This document shows, piece after piece, positions 59,401 through 64,000 of a stretch of DNA of 64,000 nucleotides. Origin of the DNA: Podarcis vaucheri (lineage: Eukaryota); NCBI GenBank assembly GCA_965113315.1, contig OZ220375.1; one strand, given 5' to 3'. How positions within the stretch are numbered: position 1 is the stretch's first letter; each line of letters begins with the position of its first letter. A program made the position numbers and the translations under genes. A model generated the notes under the pieces. That model searched no databases, was not told the DNA's origin, and was given only the letters and a program-made list of their open reading frames with translations.

Positions 59401-62400
59401 GAATGGGGGAAGGAATCCATTTCAAATTGTTGGGTTTTTTACATGGAATTTGACAGTTCTGAACATGTTCTAAAACTTATTTCCCATAATGTAACCTGAA
59501 TGTGACCTAAAGGACAGGGATGTTTGACAATGGCTTAGATTTGACTTCTCCTGGTATGTCTACACCTGACCCACTTACATATATGTTGAATGTTTCTTGG
59601 CTGGACAACCACACCCACCCTTGGGAATCCTCCAGGGTCTGCATGCCTGCAGTAGGTGTGGCCACCCTGCACACACACCTCTTCCACACAAACATACAGG
59701 ACAAATAGTACACACACACACAGGGCACACACAGGGCACACACAGCTCATCTGCTGATCAGTAAAGATCAGTTGAGAGCAGAATATATTCCCTGCACATC
59801 TGAGAATGGATGAAAGTAGAAATCAGCCCTTGCATTCATATCAAATGTTTAATATGAGTAGGAGGAGATCAATTCCATTCCCATTGTGGCAATGTGCTTT
59901 TTTAAGAGCTTGAAACCTTTCTGCCCATCCGAGTGCCACAGTGAGGGTGAGAATCACTTTATACCCGCTGGTGTTCTCCACAGGGCCATGTTGCAGCAGA
60001 CAGAAAACTGGATGGGTGTCAGGCTTCGGGGAATCAGATCCCTCCCCCCAGTGGCAGTAAATAAGCAGATCAGGTGAAAAGAGCGTTCTTACCAGTTAGA
60101 TTCTTTAATAATCACAGCAAGAGACAAAGAAATGCATATCTCTCTAGAAATGGCATTGGTCCCAGTAAAGGTTCACCCTCTCCATCCCCATTAATCTACG
60201 TCACTCCTGTGTCAGGTAATCTGAGCTTGTTGCCACTGAGCTCTCTGTTCCATCACTCTCAAAGCCCATCTAGTCTTAGGTGAAGGGGGGGGTCAAGAAT
60301 GCTGTCCAAGGACACTGAATCTGCCAGCTGTCTCTCTCCTGGTGTTTTCTCTTCTAGCTGTTCCTCACCCAATATTTCCCAACTTTTCCCCTCTGGACTA
60401 TGCCCCTCTGCAAACCACTGTTCCAAATCAATACTGTCCTCCTGCCCTTGGGAAGGTTCAGGAGAAGGGGGCAGTGGTTCCAACCATTCCTCCTCAGTCT
60501 AACCTCTGACAACGGGGGATGTTGAGTTACTGAGGAAAGTTTGGTAGCTTGGTAGTTCACCACTGTGTGCTAGCCAAAGCTGTGAAAAAGCATTCAAGAC
60601 CTCAACAGCCTCTCAACTAACTTACCATTGTGTATCTGATCCTTCAATAAGTGTCCAACCTTATCCAGAACAGGCTGACACGCATACCTGGATTGGTTGA
60701 AAATATAGAACTTCAGGTGTGTGTTGTGTGGTGAAGTCTGTTCATTATTGAATTTGTTCTGTAGTTGCCAGTGCAGCTCCATTAGACTCCCCCCCCCGCC
60801 TTCCCCAATTTCATTGCTAATCTTGATCATGGCTATTATTGTCTATCTTCCTATTATTTATATTCACTTGGTATTGTAATTTTATAAAATTGAAATAAAT
60901 TCAATGCATGTGGCAATATGGGATTGTTCAACCTTTTAGCATCTCATAAGCACAGTGTCTTCAAAAGTTACATTCATTGTATTGAAATAGTGGCTAATTT
61001 ATGTGGCAAGCAAGTTGCTTTAATCACTCTTCTGTTAATCAAAGGTCAACATATTATCTCTCTTTCTCTAGACAGACCTTTTACTAGGAGAAGTATGTCA
61101 GCGACATGAAGTTAAACCACTAAACAAACAAATGCACAACTGCTGTGAAGATTCCTATGAGTTCCGTCGGGAGTGCTTTAGCAATTTAGGAGTAGATCCA
61201 GATTATGTCCCTGTACCATTCTCTTCCGAACTGTTTACCTCCCACCAAGATCTATGCTCGGCTACCCCAGATGAATTGCTACTAAGGAAGCAAAAGTAAG
61301 AAATCAGCCCAATAATTAGTTTGCTACTTCAAAGCAATCCAATACTTTTAGCCTTCCTCACCTCTGTTCCTAAAGACCTGTCCTTTCTTCAGTCTCTACA
61401 CATATTGCAGTTCTGAAACACTCCACCTTGTTGAAATCATGAAGGAAACAGCACTTGATTTCACTAAGATGAGAGACACATGCAGCTTATGCTTCCAACC
61501 TATCACTCACTGTTCTCATTGCAGGCAGCTTGTCCACATAATAAAACACCAACCCAATAGCACCACTGAGCAAATAGCAGAAGTGACTGGATATTTCACT
61601 ACCATGGTGACACAATGCTGCGAAGCTGAAAATCATGAGGAATGCTTTATGACAGAGGTAAACTTCTTAGAAAGACAAATGTCTGGGACAGTTTCTTCTT
61701 CTTCACTGACAGCCTGACAAGGCTGAGGCCAAGTGCTTGATTGGGATATGAGTACCTAGGCCTGGACTCCTCCTCAGTCACAAGAATGGCAAGTAGCTCT
61801 CAGGGTTGTGGTGGGGACAAAAGAAATGAGGAAGAAAAGCTCCATGTTTTGAAAGTGGGGCTCTGGAAATATAGCGTTGCAATTGCTATTTGTAGCTTTA
61901 AAAAAATAGAATGAGGCCATGGGTGGAGGAAGAGCATGCTGCAGGGACCGGCATGGCCTAACAGAAGGCTGCACTGGCCTGCACGGCAACCAGAGACATG
62001 TGTGACACTGCATGCCTTGTGAGTGACATCACACACATGCAACATATGATGCCCACCCCACCCCCACCCCCACCCCAGTCTTGGGGGCAACCCAACACCT
62101 CCAGTCCAGGAGGATACTATTGTTAGTGGTAACAAAAGCCTATGAAAAAGTCTAGTAAGAGCAATGGTGTCATGCTCTTCTGGTTCCTCTACCAACATAG
62201 GTCATTTGTCAGGGCAACCAAGGCAGATTCAGTTTCAAACCTGGGTCTGAACCCAAATTGAAATGGGTCTAGATTTCCTCTGGGAATGCCTGCAGCTGCT
62301 TTGACGTTACCCTCTTGAGTACCTTGCTGCCAAAGGGGGTATTTGCAACCAGGCAGTAGTTGCTCAATACTGTGTAAATACTGTCATAAGAAAAAAAAAT

Positions 62401-63045
62401 GCATCCTGATCAAGCTTTCTAGGGAATGTGATGGAGAAGGAGATTTCACCAGTTGCAGTCCAATATATTTTGTTGCCTGAAGCTTGCTTGCCTCCAGCAT
62501 TCCAACCCCACCCCTACCCCCACACAACTCTCCTAAGGTTTCACAGCACTATTTAAACACCAGTTCCTGCCCTCTTCTATCCCCCCTGGCAGAACCAAGT
62601 CAGAATTCCTCTCTTGAAGAGAAAGAGAAACTGGTATCGCATGTAAAAAGTATGCCCTCCTACATAGGAATGTGGTTAGGATGGGGTGGTGGGTTTAGCA
62701 ATGCAAGGCCAAATTTGGAGGATGAGGTGGGAGCAACAGGGGCTTAGGAAGAAAACATGGTTGAATTTGAATGCTCTGCTCTAGAAATATACAATTGCAA
62801 TCACCATTTTTGCTATAAAATTAGTGGGAGGCTGTGGGTGGAGGTTTTAAGTTTCTTCAAGGTGCCAGAATGAGCCCCTGTATCATTCACAATAGGCTAC
62901 TAGAATTAAACTGACACAATTGTTCAATGCAGAGATCTATGGTCAACTTGGAGCACTTTCTCTAGGAATGTCAAAGGGTGTTTGTCATTTCTTCCAGGGT
63001 CCAAAACTGGTTGAGCGCAGTAGAGCTGTTTTTGGAGAGCAGTAG
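47237..63045 (+). CDS. Albumin-family gene B (divergent tandem paralogue, alpha-fetoprotein/serum albumin-like), 14 coding exons, 612 aa, intact
   Basis: join(47237..47321,48467..48524,50404..50539,51595..51806,52570..52702,53990..54087,55238..55367,56490..56701,57677..57809,58273..58370,59103..59241,61072..61295,61525..61657,62998..63045) = 1839 nt, open, all GT-AG. Same exon phases as gene A. Confidence 0.95.
47531..47576. repeat. (TAT)n microsatellite
   Basis: Seen directly. Confidence 0.9.
48160..48402. mobile_element. Tc1/mariner (Tigger-like) MITE
   Basis: TIR CAGCGGAACCTCGGTTTTC/GAAAACTGAGGAACCACTG; TA flanks. Confidence 0.8.
48467..48524 (+). CDS. Gene B exon 2
   Basis: 58 nt; GHHDTFRHLIKIAEGQFPGI. 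Confidence 0.9.
50404..50539 (+). CDS. Gene B exon 3
   Basis: IIGLSSQNLQRASYDEVAK..KCSSDDPATPDCEKPL. Confidence 0.93.
51595..51806 (+). CDS. Gene B exon 4
   Basis: 212 nt; RTVFLDEICHE..KYGFTECC. Confidence 0.95.
52570..52702 (+). CDS. Gene B exon 5
   Basis: 133 nt; YYYELSRRHPF..CCLETDKDACFREK. Confidence 0.94.
52767..53171. mobile_element. Composite MITE-like repeat with three copies of its left end
   Basis: CATACCCTC(C/T)AACATTTCT..GATGAAAATAGGGAC-like at about 52767, 52993 and 53034; right end GGGACACTTGGTGGGTCTG. Confidence 0.5.
53418..53455. repeat. (CG)n(CA)n alternating purine-pyrimidine tract
   Basis: Seen directly. Confidence 0.9.
53990..54087 (+). CDS. Gene B exon 6
   Basis: 98 nt; LPAVREQKNYAIGLQKHTCSILKEFGKRSLRFQ. 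Confidence 0.9.
55238..55367 (+). CDS. Gene B exon 7
   Basis: 130 nt; EVADLSRKFPKADF..EVFCKGDTLEYFLDV. Confidence 0.94.
55901..56460. mobile_element. Tc1/mariner-superfamily MITE
   Basis: TIR CCATATTTTTTCCTCCA/TGGAGTGAAAAATACGG; TA/CA flanks; GC-rich interior with inverted repeats; same end type as 42570-43031. Confidence 0.8.
56490..56701 (+). CDS. Gene B exon 8
   Basis: 212 nt (one codon shorter than in gene A); ADLIEYICTHQ..DCCDR..ENDDKPADL. Confidence 0.94.
57677..57809 (+). CDS. Gene B exon 9
   Basis: 133 nt; FVYETGRRNPEF..LLEKCCETEHPEECFHQG. Confidence 0.94.
58273..58370 (+). CDS. Gene B exon 10
   Basis: 98 nt; EGELRQHADNTLEAFKMRCKLYEKAGDHGFQNE. Confidence 0.93.
59103..59241 (+). 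CDS. Gene B exon 11
   Basis: 139 nt; VLVHYTKRAPEM..KCCKEDDAHIVVCADEN. Confidence 0.94.
60017..60511 (-). mobile_element. Gypsy-type solo LTR (intron 11 of gene B)
   Basis: TGTCAG...CTGACA termini; 5-bp TSD ATGGG/ACGGG (one CpG transition); ATTAAA on the minus strand at about 60104. Confidence 0.85.
61072..61295 (+). CDS. Gene B exon 12
   Basis: 224 nt; TDLLLGEVCQRHE..HNCCEDSYEFRRECFS. Confidence 0.94.
61525..61657 (+). CDS. Gene B exon 13
   Basis: 133 nt; QLVHIIKHQPNSTTEQI..QCCEAENHEECFMTE. Confidence 0.94.
62998..63045 (+). CDS. Gene B exon 14 (last coding exon)
   Basis: GPKLVERSRAVFGEQ* ; donor CAG|GTGAGC after 63054; exon 15 is presumably beyond the window. Confidence 0.92.
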   Translation, partial: GPKLVERSRAVFGEQ

Positions 63046-63759
63046 CCATCTCAGGTGAGCTGATGTGCAAGCATGGCTTGTGTGAAAAGGTTTAACTGAT
63101 TCAACATTGACAATGTAGGATGATGTTATCTGCCGCTTCTTGCAGTGAAAGTATTACGTATGAAGGGCCTTGCTTAACCCCTGTTCTTATTTATGTTATA
63201 CCTATACCCAAGGTCTGGAGTGTCTATTTATAGCCAGAACATGGCATTATGACAAAAGAATGGATATTTGAACCATTCAGAATACATGTCTTCATGATTA
63301 ACACTTCCTCCTCTAGGATACAGAGAGACTCAGATTCTGGGGACCCATTTTATTATCTCAGATATCTCAAAGGGGATCATGCCCAGGAGGTTCTATTGCA
63401 TCTATCACATATTTGCCTCCAACAAATAAAACTTTCAGAATTTTGAATTATTTCAGAAGCTTGCACCCAGTTGAGGTATATGTGCCAGCTCCTAGAGGCC
63501 AAGGCAGTTTCAGACACACACCCCCATGTTTTCTTTCTTTCTTTCTTTCTTTCTTTTTGAGGAGTCCAGGCCCCCTCAATGTTCAGAGGGCTTTCTGCTC
63601 TGCCCTTTGGCTCCTCGTGATGTTGCACACACAATGTCAGGACGTTGCACAATGTTGCATATGTGACATCATGTGCTCCTGGGTCCCCTCAATCAAGGGG
63701 GGGTCCCTCTTGAGAAAATAGTGCCTCTAATGAGAGGTAACAAAGAGAGGATGTATATA

Positions 63760-64000
63760 GAGTCATACCTTGGTTTTCAAATGCCTTGTGACTCAAATGT
63801 TTTGGCTCCCAAACGCCACAAACCCGGAAGTGAGAGTTCCAGTTTGCAAACTTTTTTTGGAAGCCAAACATCCAACGTGACTTCCGCAGCTTCCGATTGA
63901 GCGCAGGAATCTCCTGCAGCCAATTGGAAGCCGTGTCTTGGTTTTTGGAAGTCGAACGGACTTCCGGAGCAGATTCCGTTCAAGAACCAATGTACAACTG
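63760..64000. mobile_element. Tc1/mariner (Tigger-like) MITE, decayed
   Basis: AGTCATACCTTGGTTTTCAA..GAACCAATGTACAACTG inverted ends; interior resembles the other Tigger-like MITEs. Confidence 0.65.

Noticed and set aside
47237-63045. Gene B as a decaying pseudogene
   Set aside because: The reading frame is open across 14 exons, all splice sites are canonical, the only indel is in frame, the Cys loss is paired and the promoter is conserved.
1-64000. Hammerhead ribozymes, CRISPR arrays, rRNA or snoRNA genes
   Set aside because: The CTGATGA/CTGAAGA occurrences I checked lack the stem II + GAAA core, and no repeat-spacer arrays or RNA-gene signatures were seen by eye.

Overview
This is vertebrate genomic DNA, most likely from a lacertid lizard, judging by its Sauria-type and Squam3-type SINEs and Bov-B LINEs. 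(1) 1-2928 (-): the 5' half of a Ty3/Gypsy sushi-ichi/PEG10-type retrotransposon, with 5' LTR, frameshifted gag, an intact -1 slippery-site/pseudoknot signal, and pol carrying one nonsense codon and running off the window. (2) Two intact single-exon class II olfactory receptor (OR) genes on the minus strand (7501-8490, 17907-18890), with three copies of a shared upstream module. (3) Two complete tandem albumin-family genes on the plus strand, each with 14 coding exons. Gene A: CDS 23778-39201, 613 aa, non-coding exon 15 at about 40485-40670. Gene B: CDS 47237-63045, 612 aa. All introns are GT-AG and exon sizes are albumin-canonical. Their diagnostic motifs are alpha-fetoprotein (AFP)-type rather than ALB-type, yet they keep an albumin-like RRYR propeptide. 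(4) An OR14-like pseudogene lies between the two albumin-family genes, so they sit inside an OR cluster. Gene A lacks the Cys34 equivalent and has a new unpaired Cys in domain III. Gene B has lost both partners of one disulfide and has three N-glycosylation sequons. The rest is SINEs, Bov-B fragments, solo LTRs, hAT and Tc1/mariner MITEs and microsatellites. Comparisons to human ALB/AFP are from memory and by eye; no database search was run.
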